The notes: a model not told the origin generated them from the sequence alone. Counted from the stretch's first letter, positions 1 through 7,700 are shown. The stretch: 13,182 nucleotides of DNA from an uncultured Oligoflexus sp. (GCA_964236955.1 CAXSGP010000116.1:1-13182), one strand, 5' to 3'. Program-made: numbers and translations.

Positions 1-99
1 GCGTTACTGGGGATGTTCGACGTTGGCGTAGCCAAACGTCAACAGCCCCTAGTTTCGATGGAGCTACGGGAGTCGGATCGAAGGAAAAAGGCGTACTAA
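1..99 (+). CDS. Possible 3' end of an upstream gene (partial; ...ALLGMFDVGVAKRQQPLVSMELRESDRRKKAY*)
   Basis: Frame 1 is open from base 1 to TAA at 97-99 and ends in a basic tail. It is only 32 codons, so it could be chance, and it competes with the structured-RNA reading of the same bases. Confidence 0.4.
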   Translation, partial: ALLGMFDVGVAKRQQPLVSMELRESDRRKKAY

Positions 100-158
100 G
101 GGGATGAAACTTTAAACACTAAAATCGCATCTATTCAACAGCGAGGCAGCCCAGTGAC
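3..158 (+). ncRNA. Candidate structured RNA (6S-like rod or cis-regulatory leader)
   Basis: Manual pairing: 3-31 with 131-158 (about 24 bp including G-U pairs), 46-53 CCCCTAGT with 95-103 ACTAAGGGG, and 54-59 TTCGAT with 77-82 ATCGAA. This leaves an asymmetric bubble (32-45 / 104-130). No covariance search was run. Confidence 0.3.
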
Positions 159-2022
159 CCCAAACCAAAGGATCCTGCACCAAACCCTTATCCTCTTAGG
201 TTTCTATTCGGCGATCCGCATTCTATTTTTCCTATTCAACAGGCAGCTGTTTATGCACAGCAGTGCCTTCGAAATTGCCTTGGCCTGTCTGAACGGGTTA
301 CGCTATGACCTTGCCGCATTGTCCCTGCTCAATCTTGGTATTTTTGTCCTCTATCTCATTCCGGTAAGGGTATTTGAGAGGGCGAAGACTATCGCTTTAG
401 GACTTGTTTTTACCTTCGTCAATGGGTTTGCCCTTACGGCCAACGTCGTCGATATCGAATACTTTCGATTCACCGGCAAAAGGCTGACGATCGACAGTTT
501 TTTGCTGGCCCGCGATATCGGGGATCAGTCGGTGCAAATCGCCTTATATTACTGGTATTTTTCATTGCTGCAGATCGCAATGTACGCACTGCTAGCCTGG
601 GTGTCGTTTCGTAAGTTGCCTTCCGCTCGCTCCGCCCGACGCCCTATAAAATTTACCCTTATCCTTCTCACTTTGACGATACTGCTCGGTGGATTGGCCA
701 TGCGCGGGGGTTGGCAGACCAAGCCGCTCATACCAGCCAGTGCTTTCGCACAAAACCCCGAACTGGCTTCGCTCGTCCTCAACAGCTCCTTCACCATTCT
801 GAAATCCACCGATAAGACGCCGGTGGTGGCCCTCAAGGAGATGCCCTGGGCGGCTGTGAAAGCAACGCTAAGCTCCTATCGTGACGAACCGCCTATGCCC
901 TTACCCGAATCGTGGCCCCTACCCAAAAACATCGTGGTCGTGATTCTGGAGAGTTTTGGCAGTGAATATGTTTTTCCACCCGCAGGCAAGCCCGGCTATG
1001 CGCCCTTTCTCAAGTCGCTGGCGGAATCGGGCAGCTACTTTGCCAACGCCTACGCCAATGGCCGCCGGTCAATCGATGTTCTTCCCGCTTTATTTGCTGG
1101 AATTCCGCAATGGATGGAACCACCGTTTATCACCTCACCCTATCAGACCAACCGTATCGTCGGAGCGCCGCGGGTTTTAAAGAACCTGGCTTTTGCAAGC
1201 CTGTTCTATCATGGTGGCAACAACGGCACGATGTTCTTCGATGTGATGACAAAGCGCCTCGGTTTTGACGACTATGTCGGGAATGATCAATATCCGGATC
1301 CAAAGGACTACGATGGGCGCTGGGGAATTTTTGATGAGCCCTTCATGCAATATATGGCCAAAGATTTAAGTCACAGAACGATGCCTTTTTTGGCGACCGT
1401 TTTTACTCTCTCCTCCCACCAGCCGTACACGATCCCTCCGCAATATAAGCAGAAATTTCCCAAGGGAACTTTGGAGATCCATGAAAGCGTAGGATACGCC
1501 GACTATGCCTTGCAGCATTTTTATGAGACCGCACACAAAGAATCCTGGTTCAAAGACACCCTTTTCATCTTTACCGGCGACCACACCTCGAAGCAAGAAT
1601 ACCTAGAAAACGACACGATTCCAGGGCGTTTTCATGTGCCCATTATCTTCATTATGAATGATAAGCCCCTGCCTTTCCCAGTCGAAAATTTAAGCCGTCC
1701 CGTACAGCACGCGGATCTTGCTCCAACTCTTCTCGACATCATGCGCGCTCAACCCACGGCTTCCAGCCATTTTGGAGATTCGCTTTGCCGACCGCTTAAA
1801 AGACCAGGAATCATACTCTTTGAGTCCGATGGATACCATTTGGTGGGCAAGGATCATGGCACGAGTTGGTGGCTGGACGGAAGAACACAAATGTTCTCTC
1901 CTTTAGCTATGGCAAATCCAGGCGCAGTCGATGCTACACAAAAGGAATTGGATATTCTCTATCTACAGGCCAACGCTCATTACTACAACAATGGTATGGT
2001 GGAAAATCAGCTTGTATGGTAA
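154..2022 (+). CDS. LTA synthase (LtaS)/MdoB-family membrane protein, alkaline phosphatase/sulfatase superfamily
   Basis: 622 aa, GTG start with GAGG at 143-146. About five N-terminal hydrophobic segments, followed by a soluble domain with VILESF (metal Glu), NGRRSID (putative Ser nucleophile, 1069-1071), FYHGG, TLSSHQPY, FTGDH and QHADLAPTLLD motifs. Confidence 0.9.
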   Translation: MTPNQRILHQTLILLGFYSAIRILFFLFNRQLFMHSSAFEIALACLNGLRYDLAALSLLNLGIFVLYLIPVRVFERAKTIALGLVFTFVNGFALTANVVDIEYFRFTGKRLTIDSFLLARDIGDQSVQIALYYWYFSLLQIAMYALLAWVSFRKLPSARSARRPIKFTLILLTLTILLGGLAMRGGWQTKPLIPASAFAQNPELASLVLNSSFTILKSTDKTPVVALKEMPWAAVKATLSSYRDEPPMPLPESWPLPKNIVVVILESFGSEYVFPPAGKPGYAPFLKSLAESGSYFANAYANGRRSIDVLPALFAGIPQWMEPPFITSPYQTNRIVGAPRVLKNLAFASLFYHGGNNGTMFFDVMTKRLGFDDYVGNDQYPDPKDYDGRWGIFDEPFMQYMAKDLSHRTMPFLATVFTLSSHQPYTIPPQYKQKFPKGTLEIHESVGYADYALQHFYETAHKESWFKDTLFIFTGDHTSKQEYLENDTIPGRFHVPIIFIMNDKPLPFPVENLSRPVQHADLAPTLLDIMRAQPTASSHFGDSLCRPLKRPGIILFESDGYHLVGKDHGTSWWLDGRTQMFSPLAMANPGAVDATQKELDILYLQANAHYYNNGMVENQLVW

Positions 2023-2071
2023 AAACAAGCGTGGAACGATAAAGTAACAACGTTCCGCCAGGAGATTTCTT

Positions 2072-3211
2072 ATGGCAGGGAATTGGAACAATTCATTTGA
2101 GCGACTTAAGCCCAGCACCGCAAAATTTAAATCGTGGGTGGCTGACACACAAAAACAGGTGACCGGAACAATCGATCAATGGCGACCGGGCATCGAAGCG
2201 GCGGTATTGGCTCAAATCAGGAATTTCGATCAGAAAGATTGGAATCTGGCCCGTATTCAGGAACGCCTCGGCGGCCTGCAGGAGGCGACGCGCTCGCGGA
2301 TCGGCCAAGAGGTTTTTAATAAGTCCATCGCCCTGGGTCGGCAGTTGATCAAGGCCCAGGTTTATGAGGCGGAGCTTAAGGACGGCCCCATATCCTACTG
2401 GAGGACGAATAACGGCAATCCCGAAACGATTTTATTTATTCATGGTTTCGGCGACAGTAAGGATGGTTGTTATCCCCTGGCGATGCACCTCACGCGCAAA
2501 TTTAATATGATGGCCTTTGACTTGCCTGGCTTCGGAGCAAGCTTCAAGGGCGGGCACCTGACCTATAACTTCGATTCCTACGGCCGCTGGATGGAAGAGT
2601 TTATGGATGAGGTCGGCGGCGGTCCTTTGCATGTCATCGGTAATTCTTTGGGTGGGGCGATGGCGATGAAGCTCACCCAGCTGCGGCCTGATCTGGTGAA
2701 ATCCTTGACCCTGATCGATACCGCTGCCGTTATGGATCCTGAATATGAATCGGCCTATGACGAATTCATCGCCGGTAAAATTCTATTCCAGATCACGACG
2801 CGCGACGAATTCGAGGCTCTTTGGAAGAGAATATTCCATCGCCCGCCCCTTTTGCCCATTTTCCTTAAGGACTATATTTTCGAACAGTTCAAGAGCAATC
2901 ATGAACTCTACGGCCGTTTTATTGTCGATACCTTCAAAGGCATCACCTCACGCAACGATCCGGCTTTAAACCAACTTTTCATGGATTCGGCCTTGCGTGC
3001 GTTCAAAGTGCCCGTCCATGTTATGTGGGGCGAATTCGACCTTCTCTTCCCGATTGCCTTTGGAAAGAGGGCTCATGAACTGACGCCTAACAGCAAATTT
3101 ACGCTTTTAAAAAACGTCGGACATGCGCCTCAGGTTGAAGCGCCTCACCTGACGGCCAAGCATATACAAAAATTTATTTTAAGCACACTCGTCACTGATT
3201 CGGCGACCTAA
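2072..3211 (+). CDS. Alpha/beta-fold hydrolase (lipase/esterase-like) with ~95-aa N-terminal extension
   Basis: AGGAG RBS at 2060-2064. Motifs: FIHGFG oxyanion region, DLPGFG, nucleophile elbow GNSLGG, WGEFD (acid) and GHAPQVE (His). Confidence 0.9.
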   Translation: MAGNWNNSFERLKPSTAKFKSWVADTQKQVTGTIDQWRPGIEAAVLAQIRNFDQKDWNLARIQERLGGLQEATRSRIGQEVFNKSIALGRQLIKAQVYEAELKDGPISYWRTNNGNPETILFIHGFGDSKDGCYPLAMHLTRKFNMMAFDLPGFGASFKGGHLTYNFDSYGRWMEEFMDEVGGGPLHVIGNSLGGAMAMKLTQLRPDLVKSLTLIDTAAVMDPEYESAYDEFIAGKILFQITTRDEFEALWKRIFHRPPLLPIFLKDYIFEQFKSNHELYGRFIVDTFKGITSRNDPALNQLFMDSALRAFKVPVHVMWGEFDLLFPIAFGKRAHELTPNSKFTLLKNVGHAPQVEAPHLTAKHIQKFILSTLVTDSAT

Positions 3212-4487
3212 GACGAGGCGGCGGGAGATCCGGCTTTGGCCCCTCACCCAAGCACCACTGAAAGATGGCCGTCATCTTCAGGGCCTTACCTTTCCAACTG
3301 AGTTCCTCACGCGCATAGCGCTGACCGTCTCTGGACAATTTTTCCAGGAGCCAAGGTTCAGCGCTTAGCTTTTCAAGAATTTTCGTAAGTTCGGAAGTCG
3401 TATGGTCTTCATCCTTGAGATCGATGCTAAAGCCGGACACAGCATTCACAACGATATCCCCTGGACCTCCGTAATTCGTCACGACAGGCACACAGCCATG
3501 CGCCAGGGCTTCAAATACCACACCGCCACCAAACTCCCTTATCGAGGGAAAGACGAGAACATCGGCTGTGCGAAAGTGCTTCATCGTTTCCGGGTGGCTT
3601 ATCATCCCTGTGAATGCAACGGTGATCCCCAATTGTCTGGCCAGGTCCTCGAGAGCTTTTCGCTCGGGGCCATCACCGACTATCGTAAAACGCGCTTGGC
3701 CCCTCCGCAACAGTCCTGCGGCCGCTTTGAGTGCTAAATCACAGGCCTTCGAGGGAATCAGGCGCCCGACGAAAAGGAGCTGCAGGGGCGTGGATCCGGC
3801 ACGTGGCCCGCGCGTGACAACCGTTTCGTCACGGATACCGTTTTCGGGCATAAAAAAGAGCTTGTCGCGAATGGAGAGGTAGTCCTTGAAGGTTTCGCTG
3901 GACCCTGCTACGACCGCGCTTGCGTCCCTATAAGTGGACTTGGCAAAAGGGAGATAGCGATAGAAGAAACGAAGGTTGGAGATCCATTCCTTCTGTCGTT
4001 CGGCCTGTGAATAATTCTTTGGCCATGGCAATCCCCCATTGATAGGACCAATGACGAAAGGAACTTTGATCGCCCTGCATCGGCCGGCAAACAGACTCGG
4101 TGCCACCGGGGCAACCGGTGTTAAACGCAAAACCAAATCAAAAGCGCCACTCTTAAGGTCCTCCTTGTAATGATGCCAGGCCAAGCATTCAAAGGCCCAA
4201 TAGAAGGGTATGCGAAAGACGGTTAACATTTGACTGCCAAAGTCTTCTTTAAAGACATGAATAAAACACCAATCATAAAACTTTTCCCAGCAGCCCAGGT
4301 CGATGGCATGGACGGCTCGCCAGGGTTTGCCCTGACGTAAAATCGCTGATTTGTTATTCACATGGGTCACAAGCGTGACATCATGAAGCTCGGCAAGGGC
4401 GGCACTATGCTGATAACCAACCAGGGGGACACTGATCCAATCGGGGTTGTTTTGCTGAGCGAGGAGAAGGATTCGTAGCTTCTTCAT
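3192..4487 (-). CDS. Glycosyltransferase family 4 (GT-B, retaining)
   Basis: GGAGGT RBS upstream on the minus strand. Motifs: LFVGRL..K, IVGDGPE, ADVLVFPSIREFGGGVVFEALAHG (E-X7-E) and GGPGDIV. The 3' end overlaps the convergent hydrolase by 20 bp. Confidence 0.93.
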   Translation of the reverse strand: MKKLRILLLAQQNNPDWISVPLVGYQHSAALAELHDVTLVTHVNNKSAILRQGKPWRAVHAIDLGCWEKFYDWCFIHVFKEDFGSQMLTVFRIPFYWAFECLAWHHYKEDLKSGAFDLVLRLTPVAPVAPSLFAGRCRAIKVPFVIGPINGGLPWPKNYSQAERQKEWISNLRFFYRYLPFAKSTYRDASAVVAGSSETFKDYLSIRDKLFFMPENGIRDETVVTRGPRAGSTPLQLLFVGRLIPSKACDLALKAAAGLLRRGQARFTIVGDGPERKALEDLARQLGITVAFTGMISHPETMKHFRTADVLVFPSIREFGGGVVFEALAHGCVPVVTNYGGPGDIVVNAVSGFSIDLKDEDHTTSELTKILEKLSAEPWLLEKLSRDGQRYAREELSWKGKALKMTAIFQWCLGEGPKPDLPPPRLRSPNQ

Positions 4488-4593
4488 GGCACCTCCCGGT
4501 CGACCTCAATAGAACGCATCATGTTGAATTCAATAGTATAAGACAAAAATCGCTTTTTAAGGCATTTTGCCATCGGCATAGCGTTCTTTCTTC

Positions 4594-4620
4594 TAAAGCT
4601 TTTTTTTTGTTAACCGATAA
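4594..4620 (+). promoter_or_regulatory. Sigma-28 (FliA)-type promoter for the VWA lipoprotein gene
   Basis: TAAAGCTT-N11-ACCGATAA versus consensus TAAAGTTT-N11-GCCGATAA: 7/8 + 7/8 with exact spacing. It is intergenic and correctly oriented. Confidence 0.75.
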
Positions 4621-4731
4621 GAGGACTACTTTCAGGAAGACATATCCGGGCATTAAATCGCCTGGCAAAAAACGAATGGGTTCGCTGAAAGAAATGAGTG
4701 ATTTCAAGAAAATCGTAGGGATGAGGTATTT

Positions 4732-6879
4732 ATGTCAGCGTCTGTTCGCTTATCGGTCGTGCTTTTAAGCGTAAGCCTACTTGCCTCCATCCAGGCCTGT
4801 GCCGACAAAAAATTCAAAGGCGCCACGGCCACCGGAAACGTCGCCAAGTCTGAGCCGAAAGACGCGCCTGCCGGGAAACAGGATGAACCGGCTGTTTCCC
4901 CTGATGATCCCATCGTCACGGTGACCCCCATAGCAGCCAGTGAAACGATACTGGAACGTGTGCTAAGCCGATCGCCCGATACTATCCATGGCGGATTTCC
5001 AGCTTCCCAAAAGATTGCCGACAGCTTTCAATTCACCCTGGGCCTCAACACCGGCAGCTCCACCTTTAAGTTGACCGACATCAATCTTCCCAAAACCGAA
5101 AAACATATTCAAACCACACGGACCTTCGTCAACAATTCCTTCGCTCAGGGCAGCGAAGGCAGGGATATTTCCGAAAACTTCCTCCAGACTGGCAAAAAGA
5201 GTCTGGTCGATATTCTTATCGTCATTGACAACTCTGGTTCGATGGACCAGGAACAGCAAAATCTGTCGACCAAAATGAAGGCCTTGCTGACTTCCCTCGT
5301 GGACAGCAACTGGCAAATCGGAGTGATCACGACTTCGGTAACGACGGTGAATAATGTCGATCAATGCCATTTGACTTTGATCCGTTCGACCGATACCGAC
5401 GCTACGGCGATGTTCAATACGGCGATCAATGCCGGTGTTAAAGGGTCCAGTAACGAGGAAGGTTTTCGGCAGGCGGTCAACGGGCTCAAATGCATCGAGA
5501 ATCCATGGGTCCGTCCCGACTCGACGGTGGCCGTAGTGATCGTGAGTGATGAAGATAACTGCAGTTTGAAAGGGGCCGACTGTCCAAACAGCCCTTATAA
5601 TACCGAAGTCGCGCTCGAAACCTTCGTCGAAAAGGAACTCGGTCGCGAGATTGGCAAAAATGCCGGATTTTACGGTATTTTCAGTCCGCCCGCCAGCCCT
5701 TGCCAGACCGCGCAAAACATTGGCTTTCAATATCAGAAGCTAGTCGACTTCAAAGGCAAGGGCAGATTCGGCAGCATCTGTGACGCGAACTACGCGACAA
5801 CTCTAAGGGCAATTTCCAGCGACATCGCGCTTCTACTCAAGAATCAATTTGAACTCAGTCAGATCCCGGATGCCAACAGCCTGAAATTGACTGTTGACTC
5901 AGTCGCGATAGCCGCAAGCGATTACAAGCTTTCCGCTAAGACCATCACCTTTCTTCCGGGCAAAGAGCCGATGAACGGAAAGACCTTGGTCGCGAACTAT
6001 AGGGTTGATTCCACACCCTTGATCAGCAAAGTCACCCTCAATTCGATGCCGGCCCTCGAGACGATTAAGGTCAGGGTCAATGGCCTCGTTCTCCAGGCGA
6101 GCGACTATACAGTCAATGGCAAGCTTATCCTGTTTAAGGCAAGACCTGCCGCACTGGCAAAGATCACCGTCGACTATCGCATCGAAGGCCCCTTAAACAA
6201 TACCTTCCAGTTAAACGAACTGCCCCTGGCCAACAGTCTTAAGGTCAAGGTCAACGGTGCAATGGCGAGCGGAGTGACCTATAATGCGATGAGCAATCAG
6301 GTCATCATCAAACCCACTCCCATCGACGGCGCGACTATAGATTTGGCCTATGCGACCAGACAGGGCCCTCAGTTGACCTACCGCATGGCCGTGGTTTCAG
6401 GGGCCAGCAATATTCAACTTTTTGATGGCAATAAAGCTCTTAGCTTTACTTCCCTTGGGGATGCCTACACGATCCTGGCTGCCGATCATGCCGTTGGCAA
6501 GGTCCTTACCCTTCGTTACACCCTGCCCAATGGTTCGGCCCAGGTCTTTGCCCTGCCGCATCTGCCCGATGCTCATTCCTTGGTCTTTAAGATGGACACG
6601 GCTACCTGTAACCTGAACTCAGGCATTCAAGTGAACGGCCGCAGCATTCAAACGAATTGCACCCTCAGCGCTCAATCGAATTTCCTGCTTGAATATACTT
6701 ATACGGAGCTGCATAAATCCTTTAGCCTTATGGTCCCTGATCCTGAGAAGGGAAAATGGGAGCTGTCTATCGATGGCGTTGTTACGACCGATTATGTACG
6801 CCTCGGCAATACGATCACCTTGAATGCCGATCCAAGCCCGACCGCACTCATTGAGATTGCTTATTCTCTGCCCGAATAA
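4732..6879 (+). CDS. Surface lipoprotein: Cys-rich von Willebrand factor A domain plus six tandem ~58-aa beta-rich repeats (putative adhesin)
   Basis: GAGGT RBS at 4723-4727. Signal peptide with lipobox IQA-C (Cys23), then a Pro/Ala/Asp-rich tether. MIDAS motif DILIVIDNSGSM (from 5209), IGVITT and VVIVSDEDNCS. Repeats occupy 5842-6876. Confidence 0.85.
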   Translation: MSASVRLSVVLLSVSLLASIQACADKKFKGATATGNVAKSEPKDAPAGKQDEPAVSPDDPIVTVTPIAASETILERVLSRSPDTIHGGFPASQKIADSFQFTLGLNTGSSTFKLTDINLPKTEKHIQTTRTFVNNSFAQGSEGRDISENFLQTGKKSLVDILIVIDNSGSMDQEQQNLSTKMKALLTSLVDSNWQIGVITTSVTTVNNVDQCHLTLIRSTDTDATAMFNTAINAGVKGSSNEEGFRQAVNGLKCIENPWVRPDSTVAVVIVSDEDNCSLKGADCPNSPYNTEVALETFVEKELGREIGKNAGFYGIFSPPASPCQTAQNIGFQYQKLVDFKGKGRFGSICDANYATTLRAISSDIALLLKNQFELSQIPDANSLKLTVDSVAIAASDYKLSAKTITFLPGKEPMNGKTLVANYRVDSTPLISKVTLNSMPALETIKVRVNGLVLQASDYTVNGKLILFKARPAALAKITVDYRIEGPLNNTFQLNELPLANSLKVKVNGAMASGVTYNAMSNQVIIKPTPIDGATIDLAYATRQGPQLTYRMAVVSGASNIQLFDGNKALSFTSLGDAYTILAADHAVGKVLTLRYTLPNGSAQVFALPHLPDAHSLVFKMDTATCNLNSGIQVNGRSIQTNCTLSAQSNFLLEYTYTELHKSFSLMVPDPEKGKWELSIDGVVTTDYVRLGNTITLNADPSPTALIEIAYSLPE
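5842..6876 (+). repeat. Six degenerate protein-level tandem repeats (~55-60 aa) within the VWA lipoprotein
   Basis: Units begin NQFELSQIP, SKVTLNSMP, NTFQLNELP, LTYRMAVVS, QVFALPHLP and KSFSLMVP. They share the pattern F.L...P...(S/T)l.v.v(N/D)G......Y......I.f...P.....i...Y; units 4 and 5 are the most divergent. Confidence 0.8.
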
Positions 6880-6901
6880 CTGTAACCTTGAGTGGAAGTC
6901 A

Positions 6902-7606
6902 ATGAGCTTACAAAGTCTGTCCCACAACGGATCTACCGAAATTAAAGAAGGCATTTATTTATTCAGGGCGAATGCCGCCTACGATCAGCTTGAGGTCTCC
7001 GACTTTGAACGGGTTCAGGTTTTTTTGCCCCCACTCCTGGAACGGGCCGTTCATAAACGAAAGATCGAGTTCCTACTCGGCCGTTACTGCCTCCAGCAAT
7101 GCTTCAAGGCCTTTGCCGTGCCGCCGATCGAGGTGCCTATAGGCGAGGATCGAAGCCCTGTCTGGCCGAAAGGTTGGCTCGGTTCGATTTCTCATACCAG
7201 GGGCCAGGCCGTTGCGATTCTCGCCCGGGCCACTCGCTACGCTGGACTTGGCATCGACGTCGAAGCCACCATCGACCGGCCAGGCTCGGGACTTCAGGCC
7301 CAAATATGCTGTGATTCCAGAGAGATAGAGGATGTGCAGAGCGGGTTGAATCTCAGCGATACTGAGGCGTTGACGCTAGTATTTTCTGCCAAGGAGAGTC
7401 TTTATAAACTGATCTATCCCCGCTACCGGGTCTACTTTGGATTTCAGGCCGCGCGAATTCGTTACAGTCCTGTTCATGGTCTGGAAATTGTGCTGACGAA
7501 ACAATTAAGCGATGAATTCCCTGAAGGCCGGGCTTGGCCTGTGCAATGGCAAAGACTGGATGCCCAGACGCTGGAAACTCTTTTGACAGAAAGCGCCCAA
7601 CGCTAG
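6902..7606 (+). CDS. 4'-phosphopantetheinyl transferase, EntD/Sfp-type
   Basis: Motifs KRKIEFLLGRYC, RSPVWPKGWLGSISHT, GLGIDVE and FSAKESLYK are diagnostic. ATG 6902 is preferred over 6824 because it avoids overlapping the upstream gene and has purine-rich GAGTGGAAG upstream. Confidence 0.92.
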   Translation: MSLQSLSHNGSTEIKEGIYLFRANAAYDQLEVSDFERVQVFLPPLLERAVHKRKIEFLLGRYCLQQCFKAFAVPPIEVPIGEDRSPVWPKGWLGSISHTRGQAVAILARATRYAGLGIDVEATIDRPGSGLQAQICCDSREIEDVQSGLNLSDTEALTLVFSAKESLYKLIYPRYRVYFGFQAARIRYSPVHGLEIVLTKQLSDEFPEGRAWPVQWQRLDAQTLETLLTESAQR

Positions 7607-7671
7607 AACCGAGCCCATCCAAAGGCTTCATGCAGACCCTAGCTCTTTGTCCTAAACCTTTGGCAAAGCCA

Positions 7672-7700
7672 CGGATCTCATACTTCTATCCGCTTTTTTT
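7672..7700 (+). terminator. Weak possible intrinsic terminator after the PPTase gene
   Basis: CGGAT(7672-7676)-N11-ATCCG(7688-7692) followed by C and T7 (7694-7700). The stem is short. Confidence 0.3.

Noticed and set aside
4519..4931. Two short minus-strand ORFs (4519-4707, 4704-4931)
   Set aside because: They overlap the promoter, leader and 5' end of the VWA gene on the opposite strand and show no protein-like motifs.
4963..5730. 255-aa minus-strand ORF
   Set aside because: It lies entirely antisense to the VWA domain in codon register and has no recognisable motifs, so it is a typical shadow ORF.
6824..6901. Longer N-terminus for the PPTase given in the ORF track
   Set aside because: It overlaps the VWA gene by 56 bp, and ATG 6902 gives a normal-sized EntD-type protein.
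7662..7680. GGCAAAGCCACGGATCTCA resembles part of the c-di-GMP-I (GEMM) riboswitch P2 entry
   Set aside because: There is no upstream GNRA-capped stem or matching 3' strand, and it sits between convergent 3' ends with no gene to regulate.
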